NCBI GenBank assembly: GCA_965153285.1
Contig: OZ229120.1
Origin: Podarcis tiliguerta
Taxonomy: Eukaryota
Length of the DNA stretch: 64,000 nt
Direction: 5' to 3' (one strand)
Under the pieces are notes generated by a model. It searched no databases and was not told the origin of the DNA. It saw nothing but the letters and a program-made list of their open reading frames with translations. Shown piece by piece: positions 1 through 14,300 of this stretch (positions are counted from its first letter, which is position 1; each line of letters begins with the position of its first letter). Both the position numbers and the translations under genes were made by a program.

Positions 1-786
1 GAACTTTATTACACCATAAACATCATCACTGTCTTGAATGTAGAACAAAAGCTACAAGAATGACAACAAAGTATTCATGTTAAGAGCAAATTACCATTAG
101 AAATCATAATAAATTAATTATCAGATCACCATTGTAAGTATTGATTGGATTGTGAGATTTTTATCACTCCCAAGACAGGCAATGCATCCACAGAACTAAC
201 TGATTTTACACGACCCCACCACTTGTGGTAGCTAACAGTGCTCGTGCTAACAGTGAACAAGCACTGCCATGTAAAGGATGTGTGACAAACTTTGTTGTGC
301 TCCCGGAATTTTCCCACGCTCATGTCAGCAGCTGGAAGTAAGCTGCTTATTGTAGCAACTCATCAAAAGAAGGAGCAACTGGCTAACATGACCAGGAAGG
401 TCAAGTATAGAGGGTCTTAAGCAGAACATATTGCTACTCCACTCATTCTACCCTTGAACATTTTGCTAGCTAATCAAAGTGATCATAATGTGGAAATCCA
501 TCTAACATGCAATAGTATCAAAAAAACTGCATCATCACCAGGATGTCCTGAAAGGAACAGCCAAATGGATCCCACAAAGGGTTGCTGAGACACTTAAGTT
601 CAACGGCAGAAGTTCTTCAGGACAGAGGTGAACCCTTTCAGGTAACAGGGGCATCAGACTCTTGTCCAATTTAGCATAGCATCCTAATATGCTAACTTAG
701 GCAGGAATATTATTCCATAGTATCTCTATGAGTGGGAGGAAGCTAGCTCTGAGCAAAACTACTTTTCCAGTAGTGTAAAGCATAGC

Positions 787-817
787 AAATAAATAAATAA
801 ATAAATAAATAAATAAA
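787..817. repeat. (AAAT)n microsatellite
   Basis: Direct reading. Confidence 0.95.
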
Positions 818-1139
818 GTTTTCAGTAGTACTGAAAAGCTTCTCTCTGAGGATTTTTCAGCAGTGCCTGGGAAAATGTTTTGCCTATTTATTGACACTGC
901 CTTCTCTCCTCATCTCTCTCAGTTGGTTTTGTTTGATCTCACTGAGACTGCAACTTAAAATCCAACCAGCAACGCAGCGGAGCAATGCCACCACATTCAC
1001 AGCACTAACACTGATTGCTTGGGATCCCCTGTGTAACTGAACAATAAGGCTTTACCTTCCTGGATTTATTTTGTTTGCCCTGATGTCATCATGTAGCCAA
1101 ATATGATTAGCTACCTCAGAATGAGAACAGACCAAATGT

Positions 1140-1720
1140 TGGAAGGATGGCATCCAATCCCTCTTGTCCCAATATCAATTACAAGATCTTCAGGTGATCA
1201 TGAAGATGGATAAGAGGCACTTAAGAGATTGTCTCTTCAGGTGCGATGCAGAAAGGGATTCAACCACAATTGCCTCTACCAAAAGTTCACCATGGTTCCC
1301 ACTTATCAAAACGGAGCACAGCCGAGCTAGTTATCTGACAAGGCTCCCACTTGCCATACTTAGAATCACTTTTACAGAATTATGATTCCAATCGATGCCC
1401 TTGGCAGTGGTGGATGGTTGGTACGGCAAAGTACAGTACAGGGAGAGACTTGGTCTGTGTGGGCAACCTTGCGTAGAGGACCTGTACCACTATTTATTGC
1501 AATGCCCGCTATATATAGAACCAAGAGACCGATTAATAAAACCCCTGCTTACGAATGGAACACACTCAAACAGGGCGGAAAGGGTGAAATGGCTGCTGAG
1601 TGATACTGATGACTTCGTAATTTATAAAGCAGCACTATATGCGTTGGCAGCTAAGAAGATCAGGAGAAAAGAACTAGATAAAATAGTGGTCAATTGCAAA
1701 GGTGATTTGGACATTTAAGC
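1140..1720 (+). mobile_element. 5'-truncated LINE ORF2 C-terminal fragment (RTE-X-like), decayed
   Basis: ORFs 1164..1385 and 1395..1718 share a frame and are split by one TGA (EL*FQ, likely from CGA); CCHC-like motif RERLGLCGQPCVEDLYHYLLQCPLY. Confidence 0.75.
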
Positions 1721-2075
1721 TGGCACATTCCATCTGATTAGCTACCTAGCATTGTGACGTAGTCCTACTTATCAATAAACTGTTAGCAATGAGGGGTTCT
1801 GAATGAGAGCATCTTATTAGAAACCAACACAAACACCACTACCGACTCCTAGAATAAGAAAGCTAATTTTACTGAGGTATAAGGTTTAAGTGTCAATGCA
1901 ATGCAGCTGATCAACAGCAGCAACAGACTGGAGAAGCAACGATGCCAGACAGGATTGTAAAATAAAGAATATATCAATTACATAAATAATTGGTTTAAAT
2001 AATTATACTAATTGGATAAAATTGGCATCTTGCTATAACGCTTGTATTTCTTTAGGTGAATAAATGGAGACCTAC

Positions 2076-2346
2076 CTCAGCTGGTTCACTCACTTCCGCA
2101 CCCCCCTTTATTGTATGAGCCAGAATCCTAAGCAGATATGGCTGTGCCTCTTCAGGGAAATTGTCATTAACAATGTTCAGAGGAAGTGATGCTATCAGCT
2201 GCCCTTGAGCAAAATGCAATACCCCCGAGTCTGGAGTGATGTCTGCAGTCACAGGCGAAGGGTCACTGCTGTTGCGGGTTATAATCCAGGAAACCGAAAC
2301 ATTTCCATGTGTTCCACCATTTCGTACAACTGTGATGCCTTCGTAC
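2076..2346 (-). CDS. ADGRV1: ADGRV1 exon 8
   Basis: tag|G TAC GAA (YEGITVVRNGGTHGNVSVSW...GGAEVSEPAE)|gtagg; 271 nt. Confidence 0.96.
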
Positions 2347-5300
2347 CTAGAGGTTGCAAACAGAAATTAACAAACAATTTTCTAATTTTAACTCTAGTGA
2401 AACACTAGAGTTATAATGAAGCACTCAAATGAACCTACAAGTTACTCCAATATATAAACACTGCAGGAGTTAAATGCCCTTCCTGAGTAAAGTTAAACTA
2501 TTGTTAACTATGCAAACTGACTTGACAAATAAGTTGAATGGTGTCTGTGTCTGATCTCTGTTGTTCATCATAATTCCCCACTCAGTGTTATTGCACTGTT
2601 TCCTGGGCTATTGTCCTGTGCAGTGTTTATTCTTCTAATCCAAATTCTCCTACCCAACACATGCAGACAGAAGCTCCAACTTGTAAGTAAGGAAGACTTT
2701 TAGTCAGGCAGGTAACAGTTCTGGCTCAGCAGCAGACACAATGCTCAGGAGTCACGGCTCAGGATCAGGGAAGGAAGTATAAAACCGGGCAGAAGTGACA
2801 AAGATGCCCCAGAAATTTTCCCAGCCCCATCCACTAGCATTTAAAGACAAAGTGTATCAGACTAACTGGTTAGGCTTTCTCGCCTTGTGGGAAAGCCAAG
2901 ACTACAAGTGTGCACTCCACTGGGTTGGGTGGATCTCCTCCCATCTGCAAAGCTGACACCTGGTTCTAGGTGTCATAAGTGCATCCACCTGTTCCAGCCC
3001 CTCTTCAGCTGACACTGGCTCCAGCTCAGTTTCCCCACTCAGCTGAGCAAAGTCCTCCCCAGCCTCCACTAACGCCCTGTGCTCCACAGGAAGGTCAGAG
3101 GAAGGTGGAAAGGGGAGATTTCTCTTCCAACCAAGGTTCCCAACAGTTCATCCATCCCATTTCCTCCTCCTCTTCAGTCAAAGCCTGCCAACCCAGGCTC
3201 AATCATGACAGCACTGCTGGGTTCATGACAATCCATTCCTTTATTCAGAACACCTAGGGTGCAGATGGACAGACCTTAGCACTCTTCAGGCACCATGCCC
3301 AGCACATAATGACACATGGAGCAAGGATAGATGTGGTAGCTCCACCCACTCTGATGTATCTCTACACCCACCCGTACAGCCCTCCACACACTGGAGGGTG
3401 AACAACTGCAGCAGGAATCTGAAGACTTACGTAGGTTCCCTATGAATTCTAACCAAAGCACTAGTCCTAATTCAATTTAAGGCATTCATTAAGAGCAAGG
3501 CAAAGCATAATTCAGTGCTAAACAGCCCTGATAACAGTTACCAACAAGGAAATACAAGCATTTTCCCAGCCCAAATTTGTTTTCTCAAATAAATTCTAGC
3601 TAGTTTTCTGCTAAATCTACCTTAGCATTTCCAGTGTAATAAAAGGAAACAGTACCTTAACATTTGATCTTCGTCAATAACAACTGGCCGAGTAAACAGG
3701 ATGTTGTTGATGGATAGTACTCCATAAGGTTTATCATTGGGCTGAATGGTAATTTGGACAACAGATGGGTTTGTTAAAACAGCATCTCCTTGCAAAGTGT
3801 CCTTAAGTAGCATGATATGAAATGTCTCAGCAATTTCTGGTATGGCATCATCAATGATTTTGAATTTTATGTAAGATTCATGCACCGAAGGTGGGAAAAT
3901 GATAGTTGTGTTTGGCTGTAGATCTAGAAAGTCTAAGTTAAGCTGTGCATGTGCTGTTGAATTCCCAGTTACAACAGCATAGCGAATAGAGACTTCATGT
4001 TCATCCGGTCCAATTATGTTTCCATCATCATCTTTACCCCGAGCAATTGGGATTGTTAGTATATCGTCCTCTTCATGCACCATATAAACACTTTGAGTGA
4101 ATCGCACCGGGCTATCATTTTTCTTAATAATAATCTCAACAGAATTTCTTGAGGTATTGATTTCAGCTCCTCCTTCTACACTTTTCAGATGAATAATAAA
4201 TCTTTCATCATCTTCTGGTATCTAGAAAAATATATATATAATGATTAAGGATAAATCAAAGGTAAATATGTGCAAATCAACAAATTTCTTGTTACTGAAA
4301 AAGAAATCCTGCATTTCCTTACCCTATAAAATATTGGTGTAAAAGATCATTGAAGCATAGATGCACTAAGAGAAAAATGCACACCTCACTCAGATTATTC
4401 ATCTTTTTTAATAATAGGAACACTTTACAGTTTCAGCCTGCCATCTAATTTTTAAAATATGATGCTTCTTTTTAAGACTCCCCCCCCCCTTTGTATTCAA
4501 TTGCATAGAATTCCAATCTCTGATCCTTTTCTGATGCTCATCAACTATCTCTGCACATATTTTCAGGTTATACTGATTTAAAGCTTTTTAAAAAAATTAT
4601 TCTATGCATGTAGTAGGGAAAACATGGGGTGGTGGAGAGGATGAGAACCAACAAAGAACTGGGTTTAAAAGCAACTACAGTACTGGCTGCAGCCTCTATG
4701 ACTTTGCTTTTTAAAAGGGATGAAAAATGCAGGTCTAGTAGCCCATCTGCTAAAAGAGGAAGCCAGAGAAAGAAGAACAGCTTAAGCCAGCAGATGGTTT
4801 GAATCAACTTTTGATTGCCTTTCACCACCAAACTTGGGGTGTAGGTTGTGCCAGTCTTTGAAGCCAGCTGGACCATGAGCCTTCACCCTTAAGCCCCCCC
4901 GTCCATGAGGGCATGCAGGGTTCTAACTCCCAGCTAGTTGTGATGATGTGCATACAGGAAAACAACCAAAGTTTTCTCTATATGGAAGACAACAAAACAA
5001 AAACTCATGCCCAAAATCATACATAGACAGGTAAAATTCCTTCCAGTTATGAAACAGCATAAAAATACCTATAAGCAGGGACCAAAAGACTTTATCAATT
5101 TGTCAACTCCATACTATGTGAACTGATTCCTATACCCACAAATGCTCACTAGCATAAACAGTATTATAAATTTCCTACAGTTAGGGCTTGTCTACATTGT
5201 CGCTTGTCTTGTGCCTGGAAAGCACAGGTCTGAGAGGTTTTCTGCTTTGTCACACGCTTTCAAGGCACAGGTCCAAGTGGTTTTCATTTGCCCCACTGCT

Positions 5301-8300
5301 TTCTTTGGGAAAACTTGCTGTTTGCTGCTGAATCAGAACAAATGTCAATCCACAAAAAAACCTTCTGCCCTTAAAATCTTGACAGAAGAATTAATTCCTT
5401 AGTCATTTTGGTCACAGAGCAAATTGGCTTGATAAACACAAGCACCTATTCCTGGATTTTGAGACTCAAAAGCAGTTAATTGCTCCTGAGAGACAGTCTG
5501 ATGGCAAATACTCAATTTTTTTAGTGTGTAAATCCTTTTGAGGCAAAGCTATTGCCTTGAACTTTCAAAGGAGGCTCCAAGTCCCAACTCCTCACCTTTT
5601 TATTTCCTTTCATAGTCATCTGCTAATTGGTCACTCTCAGAGATTGCATTCAAGAGTGGCCATTCAACTTGTCTTTGCAGTCACAGCCAACTTCATTCCT
5701 TGTTTGTACTGCTTATGCTTTCATAACAGACATTGACTTGCACTCCCAATTCAGTTGAGCCCACAAAATATCTAAGTCTCACCAGTTCTCAGCACAATCA
5801 ATTTTGTTCATGTCATGAGGAAAAGTTACAGCACTGGGGACTTTTCAGTTCACAGAAAAGGCAAGGAAGAAGCAGCATGATAGAAGTATATATAATTATA
5901 CAACTGTGAGGTTACCAATGCCACCCTGAGCAATTTGGTATCATCAGCAAACTTTGCTACCTCACTGCTCACACTTCTTCGGATCATTCATGAGCAAGTA
6001 AGGATGCAAATGTCCCAATACAGATTCTTGGGAAACTCCAATTCCTACATCTTTCCATTGGGAAAACTGCCCATTTATTTCAACTCTCTGTTTCCCATTC
6101 CTTAATCAGCACTGCTGAGTCCCAGGACTACTGAGCTTACTCAGGAGTCTTTGATGAAGTACTCTGTCAAAAACATTTTGAAAGTCTAAGTACACAATGC
6201 CAACTGGATCACTTCTATCTATATCTTTGTTGATGCTCTCAAAGGACATAAAAAGCCTAGTTTAAAAAGTGGATAAAAACACCAATCAGCTAAAAGAAGC
6301 ATCCAACAACAAGAAATAAAATCACCTCTGTTGACCAAAAAGGCTGTCTGATCAATTTTAAAAAAGTTTCCAGCAGCTAGTGGCAAGCCATCAAAGAAAG
6401 GAGGTATAAATCTCTTTAGTATTTCTACTGTTGTCAGTGATAGTAATTCTGAGTAAGAGGCATTCAAGTTCACCAGTCTAGGGTGAACCAATGTCAGGAA
6501 TGAGCCAGCTCCTAGTGGAACTTTACAGCCTTCTGCAGAACAGAGAGGTTTAGATTTGACGCAGGCTGAGCAAAGAACACAGCAGACAGTGGTGACTCCT
6601 CTGGACATTGGAATGCCGGTTGTCAAGGGAACAACAAAGAGTGGGCTAGAACACAGCCAAAACTCTCAGGAAGCTCAAACACACCGAACAGACACAGGGA
6701 CAGTCTGTCAGAACAGGAAGAAGTTGGAGCTAATCTAATAAGTCCAAAGAGTCTGCGAATGCTGCTAGATAGGAAGCAATACAAGAGACAATACAAGGGG
6801 CGATGGTTCAATATATTCTGTAAGAACCGGAAGGAGCTTCAGAAGGGTCATCTTGAGTGATAATGCCAGCGGCTGCGTTAGAGCCGTCTAGAGCTATCTG
6901 TTTGTTTTTGCAATAAATCCTCCTTTTTAATTACCTACGCCTACTGTGTTATCAAGCGGGGGACCTGGACTCCTGACAGCCAATCTTGCCTTATTTATTT
7001 CAACCTTATGATACACAGTTCAAAACCTTCAAAAATTGTTGATATGCTCTCTCACCTGGTCATCAAGAACAACTAAGTTAAAAATCAATACAGCTGTTCC
7101 AGGAGGAAAGGTGATATTTCCTCTTGCTGGGCTCAAGTCTTCTTCAGCAGGATTTGGACCACCTTCTACCTGTGAAGAAACATTGTGCCTGTTCAGTAAA
7201 CATAGATGATGGCTCCAACCATTGTAATAAGTTCTAAAAAGCAAGCAAGCCTCCTTGATAGAGTTGGATAATCTTTTGATATTCAAGATGAGAGAACATT
7301 CCCCACAGTACCAATAAGAATTCGGAAGGCAATTATGTAAATAAGCCTTTCTCAAACTGTGGGTCCCCAGATGTTGGTGAACTACAACTCCCATCACCCC
7401 TAGCTAGCAAGGCCAGAGCTCAGGGATGATGGGAGTTGTAGTCCAACAACATATGGGGACCCACAGGTTGAGAACTGCTGATTTAAATAATGGTAACCCC
7501 CACCCACCAAACCATATAAGCTATGCCGGCTGCATTTTGCAATTAAATCTAAACAGAGGAATGTGTTTGTTTATATTGTTTGTTTGAGCTTTAATAAATC
7601 TTATACTTCCCAAAGTATGCCTATTTTATAGGACCAGTCTTGTTCTCAGGACTGAGAAACTTGTAATACTTCCCATTTATCTCCTGGGGAGAAAGGTGGC
7701 AATAAATCAGTCTCATTCAAAATTTTACATAACTGCCCTGTTCAAGCCAGGTTGTTGAACCTTTGGGGCACTAAGAAAAGCATGGAGAATACTGATCTTG
7801 AAGCAGCTGTTGACCAATGGGTAACAAGCTTCAGATATCAGGGTAAAGAGACAGGCTTTGCAAGGGCAGGGAATACCCTGGCAGAAGTTAACATGCTGAG
7901 CTTAAAAGGTCTGCAGTGCAATTGCCCCCTTGTATTCCAAAGCATAGCTTGATGACTGTCAGAGCCTGGTCTCTCAAGCAAAGCTGCAAGGAATTCTACA
8001 GAGTGGTGTTCTGGCTTAGGGTTATGCAATGTGACACCACAGATGGCTTTAAACTACATCCTATCTTCTCCAGCAGGTATCCAAGGTGAGTGAATAGGTT
8101 TAGGTATTCAATGAGTTGATTCAGAGCTCTGAGCTTGCAGCTCCCAGATATAACAGGAATTCTTCGTCCTCCACAGAGAAGAATTCCTTTCTCTCAGATT
8201 TTAGGTATCATGCATTCCTGGCTTAAGGTCCTTAATCACAAGCCACCACTAGGGAGATCATGGGGCCAGATCACGCCTTAGCTCTCAGTTATCTAACTAC

Positions 8301-11300
8301 AAACTTATAAACAATTAGGAAAGTCATTTCAGAGATGCTATATTTATTTAGAATTCCAAGCCTCACCAGATTCACTTTAAAAAAATCTTTTAAAGGTAGT
8401 TATTTCAACATACTTACCACATAAATCACAGTCACAGTTCCATAGGTACCTTTCTCCCGAACTAGAGTGAGAGGCACAGATTCATTCCTACCTTTGGGCT
8501 CACTAACTGTGATTAAGGCAGGCTAAAATGGGAGGGAGGGAGGGAGAAAGGGGACAGAGGAGAAACAGACAATCAGATACTGATAAAATATCCCAACTGC
8601 AGAATGTACAAAGGGCTGTTACCATAGAAATGCAAACTCCCAGAGACAAGTTAATCCAATTTGTGAAGTGGTCCACTGATAGCATTTCATTTCCCAGCAA
8701 CCAAAGGCATGGAAGACAACAGAGATAAATATTTTGTTTTGAACGAATATGGAAATGTGTATCCTCAATTTAAACATTTTGGCCACTACAAGCCAATTAA
8801 AAGGCTTTTGTGTTACATTATTTATATTGCTTTTTGAAATTATTAAAACAGATGTTCAACTAATCTAGTCACATAAAAACAGCAGCTGAAAGTTTTGCTA
8901 AAGAATTTTACTGAAAGCAGCAGCAAATTTGACATCCACATTTCAAGAGATAAGGGCAAGCAGATTTCCAAAATCTTGTCTTTTAAAAATTATTATAAAG
9001 ATAATCAGCCAAACTCACACTCTCAATTTTTAACTCAGTCTTTATTTCTCTTCACCTCCAAACAATGGGCACAACAGGTAAATTTGCCCTGTAAGGTCAG
9101 TTGTTGTTGTTATCGTTATCATCATCATCATCATCATCATCATACCTATAGACTAGCTAAGGATGTGTCAGTATGGCAGACGGTGTCTTCAAATTATTTG
9201 CCTCCCTTCTCTGTTGCCTCTGTATTCTGTTTGTCTTTGCTATCTTACTTGCCTTGATAAAATAACTTTTTTAAAAAAAAACAACAACTCACCCACAATT
9301 ATTTCACTGATTAGGACGCTCACCAAGAACATTTTAACAATAATCTTAGTGCTTTCTTCCAAGTAGTAGTACAACACACTATTCTTCTTTTGTCTAAACC
9401 TTAAGTGATAAATGGCCCCGGAAAGGACTGTACAACTTTTTTGTCCTACTACCATTTCCTCCGAAGTCAATACTTGATCACTTTCTTCAGCTTATTTAGG
9501 AATGCATTAGGCTCCCTGATCTCCTACCCAAGTGTCAAACTCCATGGTTGCCACTGGCTCATCTGTAATGTCATAGTCTATGAGGTCATAATGAGCCCAA
9601 CAAGCCAGAGTCCACACACAGGCTGCTTTGACACAACTCTACAACCTGCTCAGTTAAGTAGCAAAAGTAACGTCTTCACACCAAGGGCTTTTAAATGTGC
9701 TGATCACTTGAGCAGTCTCAAAGCCTTTCACTGGATAGATTTCTTGAACCGGCAGAATGGGGTTAAGGTAAAGGAACCACAGATGAAAGAAAGTAGTTTA
9801 TCTAAAGAAACCTATGGCATTTATGCCTGTGGAGAGAGCTGAACTCTCACTCATTAACCACTATGTCACAGGTACCCAGGAAGATGTCCATTTTCCCACT
9901 GACGTCTATATTGTTCATCTGATAAATATCCCCATCATTCAATTTCAAATAACAAAAGGTACAGAAGATGAAAACATACCATATCAAAAGAAATGATTCC
10001 AAAGGCATTGTCATTTGATAAAATAGTTACAGATACAGCTCTGGGCAACCCAAGCTTTACTCCTGGAGGTGGATTCTAGAACAAACAAGGCACACAATAT
10101 GGAAAATTAAAACGGTGCACTGTAAATGGACCAGTCAATCTATACATGGTGGAAGGAGGTTTCAGTAAGGCCCTGTATTCAATAGTGTTTATTTTCAGGG
10201 TAAAGGAATTTCTCTTTAATGACACATTCCAAGGAAAGGTATTCAAGTCAACTGAATGCTCCAAAAGCACTAACGTTTCATGGGATACAAATTCTATAGA
10301 CTCAGTCTGGTTAAACAACAACGTGTTTGACACAAACTTCGGAGATCATTAATCATAGCTTGACAATATTAATGATACCATAGCAATAAGGAGCTACATG
10401 AGAAGCATCTGTTTCCCACCAGCACCCAAGAATCTGGAGTTTGGGGATCTTTTTAGGTCCATTGGTGATGATCTTGAACCAGAATAAAACAAAGGAACAC
10501 TGACATTATGAAAAATCTTTGTATAACATGTTCACTGTACAGTATTCATAAATCACAGGGACTTGCTATTTGTAATGCACAGCGGACAGGGGAGAGAAGA
10601 CAAATGAGAAAACAATGAGCATTGCTTCCATGTTTGAAATATAGCGGAAGCTGTCTCAGTGACCTGTCTTCATTGAAAATGCAAATCTGAACAACAACAG
10701 GGAAAAGGCGGCGGGAGGGGGACAAGAAGGAAGAAGTATTCTAAAACTGACCAAGATGACCCTCTTAGCAACGTCATCTACCTCAAAGGAGAGGAGCACA
10801 CAGAAAGGTAGATTTTGCAATGGCTGCATTATTGTAGAACATTATTATGGAAGACTAACAAATTTATGATAGTATAAAGCTCACTAAACTTTTAAAAGAA
10901 TGGATTAGACACACTAGCCAGGAAGTCAGACAATAACAAGGGAATAAAATCAGCTCCCACCACCACTGCCTCAGGGTGATACAGTTGTCTTCTATAACAG
11001 CAGCCTAGCACAGTGAAATGCTTTTGGGCAAGGACAGACACCCTGTGCAAGCCCAAAATCTGGTGCGCCTCTGCCTCCTGCCTTCCATTCTGCTCAATTC
11101 ACTATGTCATAGCTGCAATGCCCTGCAGCGCCCCCTAGGCTCGGCACCCAGTGCGGCGGAACTGGTCTCACTGCCCTAAACTCGCCTCTGGCAATGAGTT
11201 AAATGATAGGAAAAAATTCACCTGCTTAACAGTTTCTTACAGTTAGCCTTTCTCTCAAGTTCTTATTTTGCAGCATATTACTTTGTCAGCTTTCTTCAGT

Positions 11301-14300
11301 AACCTTGCCTGTGGGTTTCTTGTCTATCCATTTCATACTTCCCAAGACCTCTTCCCACTTAGGCCCTCAGCCTGCCCCACGCAGCTCCTCCTACCTGCTC
11401 CCCCAGGATCTGCCTGAAGTTTTAAACCCACCCAGGAAAACAACTTTTTATTTGCTTCTCAACAAGTACATTCCACTACTGAAAATTTCCCTGAGCCATT
11501 TGTGAACAGTCCGTGACATCACACCATCTCAGCCAGTTTGAGATTTCACCACCATAAGCACAATATAACTCAATGAATTTAGCAGACTCAGCATGCAATA
11601 TTATAAATGCAACTATACAACTATAGCAGAAGGCCCCTGTCTTGCTCTCAGAGTTTATAGTTCATGTTTTAATTTAGAAGGACATTTCTGCGATTTTAAG
11701 CTGCTATACAATATGTGCTTTTATATTGAAATTATTTGCTTAGAAGAGCCCGAGAACACCTCCTAGAGAACATGGCTGGAAATATTGTGAATGTTCAGAG
11801 GCTCACCCATAAAATGCCAATCATCAATAATAAATGAAAGACATTATTACAAGTTCAAACACAAAAATATCAAATAACCATTTCACTTAACAAAATAATG
11901 AACGACTCTTTTAAAAGGAGGATCAGACTACTACAAGGGAAGGAGAACTGTGTCTAGTCAGTAGTGACTGATAAGTTTACAGATGGCAAGTATCTGAAAA
12001 CTAACTTTTAAACAGCTCTACTTGCTGATACATTTCATGAAAATCACAACAATATTCAAAAATAATTCCAGGAGTCATTACGTATGTTTTATTTATTTAC
12101 ATTTTAATGGATCCTGCCCCTTCACTATTTTCAGATGTGAAGCTTGTTGCCCAACTCTCTATATGGATGTATTTCCTTCTTCCTTTCACTTCAAAACCTA
12201 ACCAAAGTTTTAAAACATTGAAGCATACCTAAAATGTTGAAGAACCTTTGCTCAATCAGTCTTTGCTATCCAGGAGCCCTTAAACTGTTTTGGACTACAA
12301 CTCCCATCAGGAACTGTCTGGCACTAAGAGTTGTAGTTCAAAACACCTGGAGGGACTCAGGGTGGTGATGGCTGGCCTAGACCAACAACATGGGAAGGAG
12401 CAGCTCTTCTTCCACTAAGGCCACACATGTACCTCAGCTTAGTCAGAAAAATTAGTGCCTACCTGTAATGTCAAATAAAATATGAATGTCTCATCAGCCT
12501 CCGGAAGGTCATCGTCACATACAGAAATGTACACAGTTCGGTTTGTTTCTGCCTCAGATATGTATGCTGCTGCGTAGGTGTCAAAAAAATCACCTGTGTT
12601 TTCACCGTGAATCTGCAATTTGCACACAACAGAAACAATTAAACACTTGTGCTCCAATGCATATCCTGTGCCATTATTAAAACAAGCAACTTTATTGCTG
12701 CAATAGTACATTTCCTATATAAGATTGCAAGATGTGCCTGCTGGATCAAGCCAATGGCCCATCTAGTCTGAAGCCAACCAGATGCCTATGGGAAGCTTGC
12801 CAACAGAACCTGATTGCAGCAGAATTCTCCCCACCTGCAATTCTCAACAATTAGCATTCAGAGGTATACTGCCTCCAGCTGTGGGGTAGAACATACGGTG
12901 TTTGTGCTGCTCCTCAATCTAGTAAAGAACCAATTTTCTCCCTGGTTTTCCAAGAACAAATGGATATGCCCACTCCAGCCAAAAACAGTCATCTGGTTTG
13001 CTAGTTTGTTTGTTTTCATTGTAGCTAATGCTCAGTGTATAACTTTGATATAACAAAAAAGCAGATTAGCAACATTTCTTACCGCTACAATTGCTGTAAC
13101 ATTCACTGGTTCCCCTGTTCGTTCAATAACTAGACGAATAACTGTGGTAGATGTTTCATTAACAATAAATTCTGTTTGTCCGGTGAACTTTACTTCTGTT
13201 TCTCCAGAGATGAAACTGGTGGAAAGTGCTAAAAGGAATGTAACTAGTGAACAGGCAGAGGGCATCCCTGAAAAGAAAGGACAGAAACACAAACGGGGAT
13301 ATGATAAGTGTTTTTACATCATGCTTCAACAAGGCAAAACTAACGGGCCTACTGAAGTCATATTTGTGCTTCTGTTCTGGCCAGTTTCCCCAGACATCTC
13401 TAGATTTGACAGCAACTACTGAGATTTCCTAACTAAAACATATCCTGAGGTATGCTGGACATTCGAGCACTTCTGGTGCAGTTCTTTTAAAAACAGAGCA
13501 TTACAAAGGAGCTTTGCAAAAGCTTGCAGTTCTGACTGAGAAACGTCAGGGTTCTACCCAACACCCAAAAAGGCAAAAGAAAAGCCAATGTCAATTTATG
13601 GGCTTAGTTCCTTGAAAACAGCTTGCCCTCTGTGGGTGTCCACTCACAGCCACAAAGGCTGTTTACACACTCCCATTACTGTGACCCTAACTGCTGTTTG
13701 GGGAAGCAGTGTATACGCAGCAGTTAGCCATTATCCATATCTTTCTTGCTATTTATTATGAAATATTGCATTTCCCCTTAAGACACCCTCAATTTGAACT
13801 GATGAAAAGAACCACCTAGCTGCACTTAAGCTGGTAATGTGTACACAGCCAAAGTCTCTCTGGGATGACAATGAGAAGTCCACACTCTTGACTGCATGTT
13901 CCACTAGCATACTAAAATTCTGCAGAGTAAAACGCTACAAATCCACAACAGCAAGAATCTAAACCAATTGTTGCAGTTTTTTTATATACACACAGGTTAC
14001 AGTCAAGCTACTAACAGCACAGTCCTATGTTTATCTACACAAAAAGAACTCCTACTGAGTGAGCATAGTATGCAGCCTAAACCTGGAACCCAATGCACAC
14101 ATAGCAAGGAGCTAAGGTGTGTCGAAATGCTCCAAATAAGCGAGAAAATAAAATTGATCAGTGGTAGACCTAAGCCCTACTTGGGCACTGTCCTTCAAAC
14201 AACTGCATGACGGGGAGAGAAGGGCTGCATCTGCTGACCTGATCCCCACAACACACACACTATCACTTCCTCAACACCCATGCATTTAGAGGACATATCC

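Noticed and set aside
8895-9257. ORF with a poly-His tract
   Set aside because: Produced by a (CAT)n microsatellite in an intron.
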